Source: Octopus vulgaris
Taxonomy: Eukaryota
Reading direction: 5' to 3'
Assembly (NCBI GenBank): GCA_951406725.2
Contig: OX597814.1
Span: 165,664,001 to 165,728,000 of the forward strand
DNA length: 64,000 nucleotides
This document shows, piece after piece, positions 38,301 to 51,900 of this stretch. Made by a program: the position numbers and the translations under genes. Positions within the stretch are counted from its first letter, which is position 1. Each line of letters opens with the position of its first letter. Under the pieces are notes generated by a model. It was given only the letters and a program-made list of their open reading frames with translations, had not been told where the DNA came from and did no database searches.

Positions 38301-40683
38301 CTCGGTTACTATGGTATTGAGGTAGATCCAGCCACCCCCATCAATGGGGACAAAAACCAGATTTAAAACACTGGATGATGACGATGATTTTTAGTTATCA
38401 GCTGAAACTGTGATTATCATAAATGTATATCTTTAAATCATGTGAAAGAGTTATAAATGCCTCAATTTCCATATCTTCTTTGATCAATAAATCTAAAAAT
38501 TTCAAACATAATTATGTAATCATTATGGATTCTATAATTATTTTACAGTGTGTTGTCTTTAACTGCTCAGACAGTCTGGACTATAAAGCTATGGGCAAAT
38601 TTTTTAAAGGTCTGGCACAGTCTGGTGCCTGGGCATGTTTTGATGAATTTAACAGAATAGAATTGGAGGTAAGTGTTACTAGTTAGCTGAAGTAAGTATT
38701 GCATGTTATATATATAAGAATAGGTAACAGATTGTAATTTTGAGTGGTAAATATGACATATGACTTAAGTCATCATTGCTCTTGAGAAATGTATGAATTG
38801 CACAGCACTTCATTTCTCTCCTAATATGAATATATGAAATCAGTAGTTTATCATGTGGTTGGGCAGTACCACAAAGTAAGAGAAAAGCTTTTAGCAGAGC
38901 TGTTCTGTGAGCTGATTTCAGTAACTGACTTACTTCTTTTATAACACTAACATATTTAAACCAGATATTAACATTACAAATGCTTCAGTTTTTTAGTATT
39001 TTCAAAAAGTTGGTACCAGTGCTTAACCATTGAATATAATGACCAAAATGTTGCTCCTGTGTGAAAAGAATATGTAAAGTCTACATTATGGATTAGATAG
39101 ACTGAAGCAAATTTGTAGTGATGCCATTTTGGGAGTCTTTAGCACGCATGCGCAGAGTTGGATTACTTCCAATAGGCCACCGGAAGTTCCCTCATGCGCA
39201 TGCGCAGAGAACTACCAACAGAAAGATTTCCCGCTGGATTTGTCTTTTCGAAGCTGCAGCTGAATTGAGTGGACACAACTCAAGGTTCTCTCAAGAAAAC
39301 CAACACTATGCGGGAATGGAGACAGCATTTTGGGTCACACAAGTTAACTATTGTGAATAGTTTTATGGTCTTGGCTTCCGGTTCGCCCTGAAGAAAATAT
39401 ATGTATATATATTTTTATTTGCGAATCCAGACAAAAATAAAATATTATTTATTGCTGTTGAAGATAGTCGAAGTTTTGGTTTTCCTTTCGACATAATTGA
39501 ATGTAACAGGATAAGACCGGCACCCCTCAAGTGTTCCAGAGACCTTTATCCTTGTTACAAATTGATTAAAAATGACTGAGTATTGAACATTATTTTTTTA
39601 CTGGTTCATGTATCATATAAATAAATCCTGCTACAGAGTTTTGCTATATTTAGCTGCATTTATGCTTGTTCTTATCCACAATTGTATAGACTAGATTAAG
39701 TTTAAGAATTTATTCATAATAATGATGAACTTATTGTATGCAGTGCTCAGGTACACTACAATTTCTAAACAAAATTCTTGACCTATTTATATCTCTGTCA
39801 TGGTTATCCACACTGAAGATCAACAGAAAATCATTTTAATATAACCCTTATTACGAGGTCTGTCCAAATGTAAAATGAATTTTTAAAAACAAAATTTGTC
39901 ATTTTATTTACAATTTAATCAGATATGTCCCCTTCTGAATAGTTCCCTCCATTGTTATGACACCACTTCCAGCAGACTCTAGATGGTTGGTCTGCAAGAA
40001 AGAACAGCCAAAACTCTCTCAAATTTCTTAAAAATAGATACAGATCTGTTTGCCGAGTGTTAAACAACAATGGAATTTTGATCCCTGTAACGAAGCTCAT
40101 TAAATGCATTAAATGTGGTAAAAACTTCAACACCTCAATTTGTTCTCTTTTTCATTTGTCCTCTTTCTCAAGGTATTATCTGTGATTGCTCAACAATTAC
40201 AAACTATCCAGCGTGCTATAATAGAACAACGGAATATGTTTGTCTTTGAAGGGACATATATATCTCTTGATCCTACCTGTACAATCTTCATCACAATGAA
40301 TCCTGGATATGCAGGTCGGGCAGAGCTGCCAGACAATCTGAAAGTATTGTTTCGTACTGTGGCCATGATGGTACCTGACTATGCCATGATTTCAGAAATC
40401 CTCCTATATTCAATGGGCTTTGTTGATGCCAAAAATCTTTCAACAAAGATTGTTGCTACCTACAAACTCTGCTCAGAACAGGTACAAAGCTCTATTCTCT
40501 TCCTCTGACTCTCTTCATAATAATTATTCTTTTTGCCATTTCCTACATTTAAATGAATATCATTAATTTCATTCTATTTAGTCTCCTCTTCCTGTTATTT
40601 TCTTCCATTTCATTTGTAAATGGTGTCATCATTACCATCATCTTCATCATCATCATCACTATCATCATCATCATTATCTTCAT

Positions 40684-40719
<36 letters not shown>

Positions 40720-43248
40720 TATAGAACGTATATCTTAAAAATTAAGAGACCTGTTAACATAATATGTAGTGCAGCAACTGTACTTAGTTAAAGTAACATT
40801 ATATATACTGTAAAAAATTGGAGAGAAACATGGTAAAGTTGTGGTGAGCTGGCAGAAATGTTAGCACGCCAGGTGAAATGCTTAGTGGTATTTTGCCTGC
40901 TGTTACGTTCTGAGTTTAAGTTCCGCCGAGGTTGACTTTGCCTTTCATCCTTTGGGGATCGATAAATTAAGTACCAGTTACACACTGGGGTCGATGTAAT
41001 CGACTTAATCCCTTTATCTATCCTTGTTTGTCCTCTCTATGTTTAGCCCCTTGTGAGCAATAAAGAAATAAGAAACATGGTAAATCTGTATGCTTATATG
41101 TAACATTCCTATCCACAATGTGGGAATGTAGTCAAACCTTGTACTGTACTCACTGTCATAAATATCATTTTCAAATTTGGACTCAAAGCTAGCAATTTCA
41201 GAGTAGGAGGTGAGTCGATTACATCAACCCCAGTATTCAACTGGTACTTATTTCATCAATTCTGAAAGGGTGAAAGGTAAAGTTGATCTCAGTGGAATTT
41301 AAACTTGGAACATAAAGATGTACGAAATGCTACTAAGTGTTTTGCTCAATATGCTAATAATTCTGTCAGTTCACAAGGCAGTGAGCTGACAGAAATGTTA
41401 GCATGCCTTGTGAAATGCTGAGCAGTATTTCATCTGTCCTTACGTCCTGAGTTCAAATTCTGCCGAGGTCGACTTTGCCTTTCATCCTTTCAGGGTCGAT
41501 AAATTAAGTACCAGTTGTGTACTGGGGTCGATATAATCAACTGGCCCCCTCTCCAAAAATTTCGGGTCTTGTGCCTAGAGTAGAAAAGATTCTACCAGTT
41601 CACTGCCTTCTCACTGTACATAAATATAGTAACACTAATTGTGTAACTTACCATCTATAGGAATGTATGTGTAGAATACCCACTGCCCTGGGCTGTGGTA
41701 ACACTATGTGTGCTATGCCCACTGTATATAACACTAGCAGTATCGCCCGGCGTTGCTCAGGTTTGTAAGGGAAATAACTATAAAGCATTTTTAGAGAGTT
41801 ATAGCCAAAAAATAGCAAAAAAATGGAAAAAAATTATGGTAAATTTTTTTTTGATAGTTAAAAAAGGTGGAGTTGCGTCCCCTACACAGTTTGTGGTTTG
41901 AGTTCCTGATTCTCGACCCCATGTCGAATTTATCGATTTTTTTCAGAACTGGGGGAACTTTTCAAAATTTTTGCTGCGTTAGTTTTGAATTATGACATTG
42001 GGCTATGTGTGTGTCAAGTTTCATCAGAATCGGTTGAAAGCCGTGGTCAGGGTGAGGGTACAAGCAAACAGACACACAGAAACACGCACAGACAAACTGC
42101 CGTTTATATATAGAGAGATACTCATAGTACAAAATTATTGTGGTACTGTACATGTATCATGCCCACTTCACAGATATAGAGGGACGCTAAATGTACTAAA
42201 AGAAATATATGTAGTTTTTCTCCAATCCTCCTTCAAAAGAGCGCACTCCTGAAATATTCACTCCTCTCCCACCTTTCCTCTGTTGGTAAACTGTAACTGG
42301 ACATCAACAATTCTTCTTATACCCTGTTATCCTTATCTTATTAGTAAAGGGTGTATAGCTATGAGTACTGATGATCATTTTTTTTGTTTTGTTTTGTTTT
42401 TATGTCTAATCAGAGAATAAAGAACAGCTCCCATAGTCTATTGAAGGACTCCAAGACTGATGGTTAAAAAAAATGAGTGGAACTGGAGGCTTGGTTTGAA
42501 TGCTTGCAACAGAGTGGACCCCTTTAAAAACACCTAGTTGCTAGAAATGATCTCTCTGATAAGTTCCTGCAAAGTTTTCATTACTCAGTTTCCTTCATAA
42601 AGCTTTTTGTCAAACTGAGGCTATAGTAGAAAACACTTTACTGCACAGTGAGATCAAATCTAGAACCATGTAGCCACAATGCTGTTGAGAGGAAGCCCCC
42701 AAAACTGCACATTCTCTCCTAAAAACCTCATAAGCTTGCCAGCATCTGGTATGTGGAGCTTTCAACTGGTAGCACTTGCATCGGCAAGTTGATTGCAAAA
42801 AGTCATAAGCAATTGCTGTGTTATAGATCCTAAATAAATTTTAAAGTTTTAACTTAAAGATAAGCTGTCAGAAGCCTTGTCTATTCTCTAGTTCCTAGAC
42901 AAATAAATATGTTTTAATCTTAAGTTATCAAAGTCCTTGCCTAATTCCTAAAAAATTTTTAATTTAAGTTAAGTTACCAAAGTCAAGCAATTATGTAAAA
43001 ATCTGTTATTTTCTATGTAGCTCTCCACACAACAGCATTATGATTATGGAATGAGAGCTGTGAGGTCTGTATTGACAGCTGTGGGTAACCTCAAGCTGAT
43101 GTACCCAGACCGAAGTGAAGCACTTTTGGTCTTAAAATCAATCAAAGATGTCAACTTGCCAAAAGTAAGATTTTATTTTTAGTTGTGCTTCTGTTTTCTG
43201 ACACTTTTTTTGTTGTTGATCTAGAGCAATTTATATGTAGGATACTGA

Positions 43249-43286
<38 letters not shown>

Positions 43287-46200
43287 CATGGAAAGCGGAC
43301 GTTAAATGATGATGATGATGTGTCTGTGTATGCATACATGCATGTACATGTGTAGAACTGCTCCCTACATATATAAATATAAGATATATGAATGAGCCTA
43401 TGATGAAACTGAATGCTGTTAAGTATATATACCACAATAATAACACAAAAATCACCCTCAAATCACTTTCTGCTATCTTAAGAAGTTTACATTCAATAAT
43501 GTAATCCAAAGTGAAGTATTTAAAGGGAAACAAAGACAGTATTGTTCATGGTTTTGATTAACAGTCTACTCAATCAGACCACATTACTTAAGGGTGAATA
43601 AAGGTTTCAAATTTTTATGTGAAGTCAGCAATTTTAGAGAGAGAGAGGGAATAAGTTAATTACATCAATCCCAGTGCTCAACTGGTACTTAGTTCATCAA
43701 TCCCAAAAGGATGAAAAGCAAGTGAACTTCAACAGTATTTGAATTCAAAATGTAAAGCTGGAAGAAATACTCCTAAACATTTTATCTGATATGATAAATT
43801 AAATAACAACAACAATAATCAATCTATAGGTAAGCAGTATTATATAAGGTCTTTGACCTAGACACATAGTACTCAAAGGTAAAATTCACCTAAAGTAGGT
43901 GTCACAGGCTGGTATAATTCAGTGCTATAAGAAGCAGTAGGCCTGTGGATTTGAGAAATGTATGAGTTTTTTTTTCCCAATACAGGTTTTTCTAATGCTT
44001 ATGATAAAATATATGTGCAATATACCAACATACTGTCCAAGACATATTATTTTCTCAACAACATATTACTAGGCATGGGAAAAAACTGAAATGACCATTA
44101 GTTTCCATTGACAGAAACAGATAAATAAATAATTTCAAGAAATACTATAGCATAATAAGAAACAGTAGTTCAGGGTGTTAACTTTACAAATCTTCATCAT
44201 CATCATTCCTTTAATTTCTTTTATTGCAGTTCCTTTCTCAAGATATCACATTATTTGAAGGAATAATATCAGATCTGTTCCCAGGATTAGAATTACCTCA
44301 GAGTGAATACAGTCATTTAGAGATGGCAATAAAGAGGACTTTAGACATAAGGAACCTGCAGCCTGTACCTTGGTATATTGAAAAAATAATCCAGGTATTC
44401 ATCTACCATTTTTTTTTACTATGTAGAGCAAAAGTGAATCTGCTTATTTAAATATGCATGCATGTAGGAATGGATGAATGTATGTATACATGTATGTATG
44501 AATATATGTATATGTTATACCATTCATACTATGCATATTAAATGCAACCATTTGACATGATAGCACATTCATTGCCATTCTTTTCTCCTACATGCCATTC
44601 TAATCCATAACTCCCCAAGTTCACCACCTCAACTATAACCATCTCTGAGTTTCTGAGCATGCTTCCCAAGAAAAAACTAAACATAGACACCACATACTCA
44701 TTTGCCATTAACATCAGACTCAGCTTTTATTGGGTTGTCCGGAAAGTTTGTGCCAATTTATAGTAGCTTACCTTTAAACTTAATTTAGAACATGGTTGAG
44801 TCCATAAAATAGGATTTGACTACACCTCCATTTAGAGCACAGTTTAAGCTATCTTTTCGTGGAAGAAGGTTTATGTTCCTATAACCTGTGTTAATGCTGT
44901 AACCCTTTAAAATGGAAGATAAGAAAGTTCATTTTTGGTACTTGATGATTTGGGAACCAGACAAAAATTGCTGCAGCTAGGCTGGGATATGTTACCCCAC
45001 CCTCCATATTCACCAGATATTGCTCCTTCGGATTTCCAATTATTCAGGTCTCTGCAGAATAGTCTTAATGGTAACAATTTCAATTCCTTGGATGACATAA
45101 AAAGATATCTTGATTAATTCTTTACCATGAAACCACCTCAATTCTGGGAAGAGGGTATTTTCAAGTTAAAGGAAAGATGGAAACTCATTGTGCAACAAAA
45201 CGGTTCATATTTGGTTGATTAAAAATGTATTTATTGACCATTTTCTTTCCTTTAAAAATCGGCATGAACTTTCTGGACAACTCAGTACATTTGACTCAGT
45301 TTTAATGCTTGACTCACTCTTAACAAATGATCTAATCTTAACATATTACCTAAAATTATTGTCTTTTCTGTGAGCAATCATATCTAATAAAATAAGAAAA
45401 CTATATGTGATATATTTTCATAATGAAAATATTGTTAGTTTTATGTTGATTTATTTATATTTTTTTACCATCAACCCTGACAGATATACAATATGATCTT
45501 GGTACGCCATGGTTTAATGATTGTTGGGGAACCTATAGCTGGCAAGACCTGTGCCTATAAGGTACTGGCTGATGCACTTGGAGAGCTTTCTCAACAAAAT
45601 CTTATGGATGAGAATCAGGTAAGATATTGCTTTGTTTTATTATATTTCTTCATTTTCCGTAATTACATTTATGGCAAGCAAAGGAATTTGATGATGGTTC
45701 TCTAATCCAATGGATACTGTAGCATAAATAGTTAGCTTCTGTCAAAATGAATCAGTGATCCAGTTTCATTTACTTTCTTCTTCTTCTCTTCAAATAGATG
45801 CAACTGAGATGCATCTCGCAATGTTGCACAAGGAGTCTCTATCCTCCATCACCTTTGGTAAAGACACAATTTTATGTTGTTGCCTTTACCAATAACAGGT
45901 AGTTGAGTGAGTGGTCTTTGTCCTCAATTAAGATGCATAGGTTTCTAAAATAAATAAGATATAACCTGTTGTTCAGTATGATAACAGTGGCCAACTTTGA
46001 GCAATGATAGTAGAAATGAGTGTTAGCTATTCTACTGTTTGAGGGTGTTTACTGAAAGGAAGAAAGACAATGTGGATTCATGTCCTCCTATTTCTTGCAG
46101 GATCTCTAAGACTAGTTGAAGAAATGAAGAAGGAACTAGAGACCTAATCTGAATGCTTGCATTATGAGAGTTTCTCTCATAGTAAGTACTGCAGTATAGT

Positions 46201-48872
46201 GGGGACAAATATTACCTCATAGTACAGAATGTTATCACTCTAGTACATATCGTGTATGGTGTACAAACGTTATATCATACACAATTTATATAGACAATGT
46301 TGAGTTATTTCTCACAAACACCGGACCATGCTATAACAACATTTTCTGTTGTAATATATAATAGTATCCTCTGCAGAGTCCAAACCTATGCAAGGTTTTA
46401 TTATGGAAGACCAACAGCCACTGTTACAACAAATTTCTCTTCTCCATGCCATTGATGTTGTCCTGTGGAAAGGCTGAGCTGCATATGGTGTGCCACCTGT
46501 GCCTTTGCAGGAAACTCAGAACATCAAGAACCAGAACAAGTACCACTAATCATTTTGTCCAAAGTACTAAGGATTTTGTTAATTCATTGAATTTTATTTA
46601 TCAACCCTACAACTCCAGAAAGATGAAAAGCAGTTTTAGTACACATGTTCATAATGGGTCTGGTACATATACAGAGTTGCCCCCACACACTGCCACCATA
46701 AACTGTTACAATTTCTACTGTATAACACATAGATGAGGATGATGATAACAACAATAGTAGTTGTGGTAGTAATAATGATAGCAATCATATGTTGTTGTTG
46801 CTGTTGTTTTTGTTGTTGGTCGGTGCTGAGTGATGATGATGATGCCAAACTTACAGTCAACCAGAAAAATTGAGTTTTATGTTATTTTTCATTGCAGGTT
46901 GACTACCAAATTATTAACCCGAAAGCCATAACAATGGGTCAGCTGTATGGTAGATGTGACCCAATCACTAATGAATGGACTGATGGTAAACTCATTGTGC
47001 ATATTCCCATTAACGCAAACATGGAGAGATAATACATACCTATATTGCTTTTTCGTGATACTTCTTATTGGGTGACAAAGAATCGAAATGAGAAAAAAAT
47101 TATTAGTACCAACACTTCAAAACAAAGTATGCTTGAACAAATGAGAAGATCCCTTTATACAAAACCTTTGATAGCCTTGTTAACCCACAAGTAAAGTGCG
47201 TGTATATGTATATCTCTATAAATATTTTTTTAGAAATAAAATGTCTTTTAGTAGTGTACAGAATGATATATTGCTAATAATAATGTGTTGTGATACATTT
47301 CACTAAATATCAGAAAATGCTAACACATTCATGAACATCAAACAACATCATGCAATATGACATATTAAGTCAAACATCAATATTTGCTATACATTACATC
47401 AGTTTTTCAGCCACTGTTGTCACACAATACATCATAGCATTAGGTCTTGGACATTATTGTTAAACATTATTATATGTCACATTAGAAAACATTATTATAT
47501 TTTACATCAGAAAACAATGTCAAATTCTCATTAGTAAACATTGCTGTACGTTACATCCGAAAGTGTTGCATGCTTTATCAAATCACATTGTTGTATGTAA
47601 CATTAGGAAACATTGTCATGTTACATCAGTAAACATTACTATATGTTACATCAGAAAACATTCTCATGTTACATCAGGCATCAGTCAATAATGTTAAATA
47701 TTAGATCTGTGCAATTGTCATATATCAGGCATAAGACAGTATTGGTTGGTATTAGAAAGTGTTAGGTATGAAATAATGTCATACATTAGACATGTGACAG
47801 TATTGTCCTATGTCATTATTGTTGTTTAGTTTATATTTGCCATCACAAAGCTGATTCCTTATGACTAATCTTAATGTTTCACCTAATTTCTTAGGAGTTC
47901 TGGCCAACAGCTTCAGAGAACATGCTTCAAGCACATCAAAAAACCGTAAATGGATGGTGTTTGATGGTCCTGTTGATGCTATTTGGATTGAAAATATGAA
48001 CACAGTCCTAGATGACAACAAGAAGGTAATAATTTTATGCTCTTAGCCCTTAGTCAGTCAAACAGAGCTGACTTATGATCAAAGGCGTTCCAGCTCTGAC
48101 CACCCTGACAGACACAGAGCCCTTAAATCACATTATCTTGTGTGTGTCCTCTTTTTTTATGACAGTAGGGTATGGTTCAAAAGAGTTTGGGCAGCTATTT
48201 CTTGCAGCGCACATGACTACATAGAGGCTTTATGGTTGGTTTATATAGGCAGCTAGTTGAAAAACAGAGTATGACCCACAAATCTTGCATTCTGGATATT
48301 TCATATCTTCATTTTGTTAAGGACTCTTAACAACATCTCCAGCATATTGATCTATGGTGTCAAACAATGAATTTTTTCTCAATCATTATGTATTCCTTCC
48401 ATGACAATCTTATATTTATTTTTGAACTGTGTTACAAAAACTTCAACCATATACTTATTCACGTTTCAGGAAGTAGGTGTTAGTTTGAAAGTTATTACTT
48501 AGTGACAACACAAAGTAATAACATAATGGTTCCCTCCTTGTCTTAATAAAGATGTTGAAATTAAATGTAACAGTAGTTTATGGTCCTCTTCATGACCAGA
48601 TTTGGGAATTGGGGGCCAGAAAATTCCTGGACCTGATCAATCATATAAATTTATCTCAGCCCATTAGCTTGTGACTAATGTCATAACAGAACAAAGAGGA
48701 AGCTTCTCTTGCTAAGATGAATAACTTTTGTAGTACTAGAGGCAAATAGTAAATGCATAAGAATTTGTGGGACTGTATATGTGCTGCCAAAGTCAATAAA
48801 TCTTTATTTTTACAAATTACTAGGTAAATAACTTATATTAGATTACTGTTTTTGTTTTAAATGTTAAATTAC

Positions 48873-48939
<67 letters not shown>

Positions 48940-51900
48940 CAAGGTTTGGAGATGATATACAGGTATTATATATTAGAAAAAATAAGGTACTCAGAAATCT
49001 GGATGGTTATATATTTACAGATCTGAAGACTCCACAAGAGTGGACGCAAGCACTAATATATGATTTATAAAAACATGTGACATATTAATAAATATCTGTA
49101 AATATAAAACCATCCAGATTTCTGAGTATCTTATTTCTGCTAATATATATATAATGTTAAATTTCACAGACTTTGGCAGCAAAGAGTTTCAAATTTAAAT
49201 GGAAAAATTCTGCCCACAGGCAAGGCAATCACTATCATTGCTCCATGTAGTTGCTCAGCCTTCTAAAAATTGTGGCAAAATCTTTTTTTTATACTACATC
49301 TTGTTTTAAAATAAAGGATGGATAATTTAGATAATGAAGCCTCAGATACACTGTCTGGACAAAGTAAAGATATGGTCACAGCTAGAAAACCTTTGATCAT
49401 AGGTCTGTTCAGTCAGAGTTGACATTTATAGTAGTGGTGGCAGTGAAATTTTATTTGAATCACAGGATATTACGTTTCTTACTGTATTCCTTTAAATTGT
49501 TTCAAAAATTGTTTGTAAATCTGAATATACTTCCAACCACTTACCTCTAAAATACTAAGCAAAGAATTAGCCAAGAGGACGCTTCTCCATCATTGCTCAC
49601 TCTGCTAGAAATAAGAGCCATTTACCTCTCAAAATACACTGTACTGGATAAAAGGACATTTTGGATAAAATACTCCATTAAATCAACTAGTTCAACCTGC
49701 TATTGATTTCAAAACAATGAGCTTTCTTAAATTAGCAACAAGGTGAGTATCCTATGGTATTTCATCCATTGCTTTCATATAGTGCACTACAAAGCTAGCT
49801 CCTATTGTTAACAAACCTTTAAATTTTCCTGTCTCTTTTCCTATCTTATCAGTAAACTCTGAAATTTTGCTACAATGTGTTCCATTCCCACCTGACCCTA
49901 CCAACTACTGACCTATCACTTCCACTCCCAACATCTCAAAAATTAGATAAGGCATTGTTAATCATCTTCTAAGTCTCTCTTCTTCCTCAGTGACCAGCGG
50001 TACAGCTTCTATAGGGTCATATCTATCAGGTACTTGCTATCCCCGTGTCACCTACAGGTAGCCCTCACCCTGACTATCTCAACAAAAGCTGTGCATTCCT
50101 TTGCCAAAAGAGGTAACAGAAATTTGTTACATGTTTTCTTCTCTCTAAACAGATTGCTCTGTCTAAATTATACTATCTGCAATATGCGTTTTGATTAACT
50201 ATGTACTTATTTCGCTTTGTATGTGACCTCTCTATCCAGCTCTGTCTCATGAGTGGGGAAATAATACAGATGAGCAGCAAACAGAATATGATATTTGAAG
50301 TGTGTCACCTTGAACAGGCATCTCCTGCCACTGTTAGCAGGTAAAGTATCTCATTTAATTTCTCATCTCTTTGTTTTTGTGTAGCTGATCACATCCACAA
50401 GTACATCTCTTCCACAGCACACACTGTCATTCAGTAGTTGATAGTAAAATCTGTTGGGTGGCTAGAAATTAGGATGTCTTATGCTGAGTGATATGTATGT
50501 ATTTGGGGTTTGTCAGAATGGGATGTGATGGAAAAGTCAGTGTGCTTAAGATACTGTAGGAGTTTTCTGAGGCAGTGGAAATCTTTAGGATATGTAGTAT
50601 GGAAAATGTTGCAGTGGTCAGGATGTGTTTTGTGGGCTATAGTGTGGTTGTCAGAAGAGATTGAAGTGTGCCAGAAAATTGTTTAAAGAGAACATCAGGT
50701 ATATTTAGAAGGTAAAAGTAAGAAGTTGGCCAATGTTCTAAGATGTGAAGATCAGAGATGTTAAGTATCCTGGATTGCAAAGCAGTGAGTAAGAGAAGAT
50801 CAAGATGTCAGGAGGAGAAGGTGTGTAAGGCACTCTCTCTCATACAATGTTGAAAAGAAAGAGGCCTGTAAGTGTCATTATAACTGGTTATTGAAATAAA
50901 GAGAATGCATGGGAGAAAGTGAGTCTACTTCAAATTGAACCATCAGATCCAGTCATTCAAGATGACAGCAGTATGGTAGATAGGGCAATTAAGGATATGA
51001 AAGTAGGAAAGATGCCCAGTCCATCAGGAATTGCTGTTGAAATACTTAAAATATTAGGTAAAGTATGATATAGACTGGTCATCTGGATACTAAATTAAGC
51101 ATACAAAGGTGTTGTACTCAAAAGACTAGCATAGTAACATTATCATTAGTAGCTACAAGGACAAAGGAATTGTACTAGAGAGAGGACATTACAGAAGTAT
51201 TTAGATTAGGTTATAAAAGTTACTGAAAGAGGTATTGTGGAATTGATTAGGAAGAGAAATAACAAGGATGTGAGGCAGTTTGGCTCTACTCCAGGAAGAA
51301 GTATTAATGCTATCTTTCTAGTGAGAAAACTGAAGGAGAAGTATCTAATCAGAGAAGTATCAACCTAGAGAAGGCCATTCATAGGGTTCCACTCTCTGAT
51401 CTGTGACCTCAGTGTGGTCAGTAAGGAAGCTTGGAGTAGATGAATACCATGTAGAGAAGTGTAGTTAGCATATACATAATGGACCTCATCAGATCTGCAT
51501 ATTCCCTGTTGATGGTTTGATTGACATCCATCAGTCACTATCATCATTTATCCACTTCTTGCTGGGACATCCTTAATCATTGGTCTGCTTGATCAAGACT
51601 GACCTGGGGCTAAACAACAACTTCACTCCTCTCTCACTGTAATTTTGTTGCAACCTTTCTGCTACTTTTCTTCACCTTCAATGCATTCTTATTGCATCCA
51701 TGCTAATAATTATACAGCAATTTTCTAGCAAACTCACTTTGCATTACTTCCTTTTCAGATGTGGTATGATTTATATGGATGCACTTCAACTGGGATGGAA
51801 CACCTTAGTGAAATCTTGGATGCAGAAAACTTTGAAAGATTTTACTAAAGGAGAAAAGAACACAATAGAAGTTAGTATACATTTTGTATAGTTAAAAAAG

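Noticed and set aside
39388-39428. CTGAAGA followed by an AT hairpin inside solo LTR A (retrozyme-like idea)
   Set aside because: No GAAA box after the stem in either copy (GCGAATCC), and the stem is a simple TA repeat
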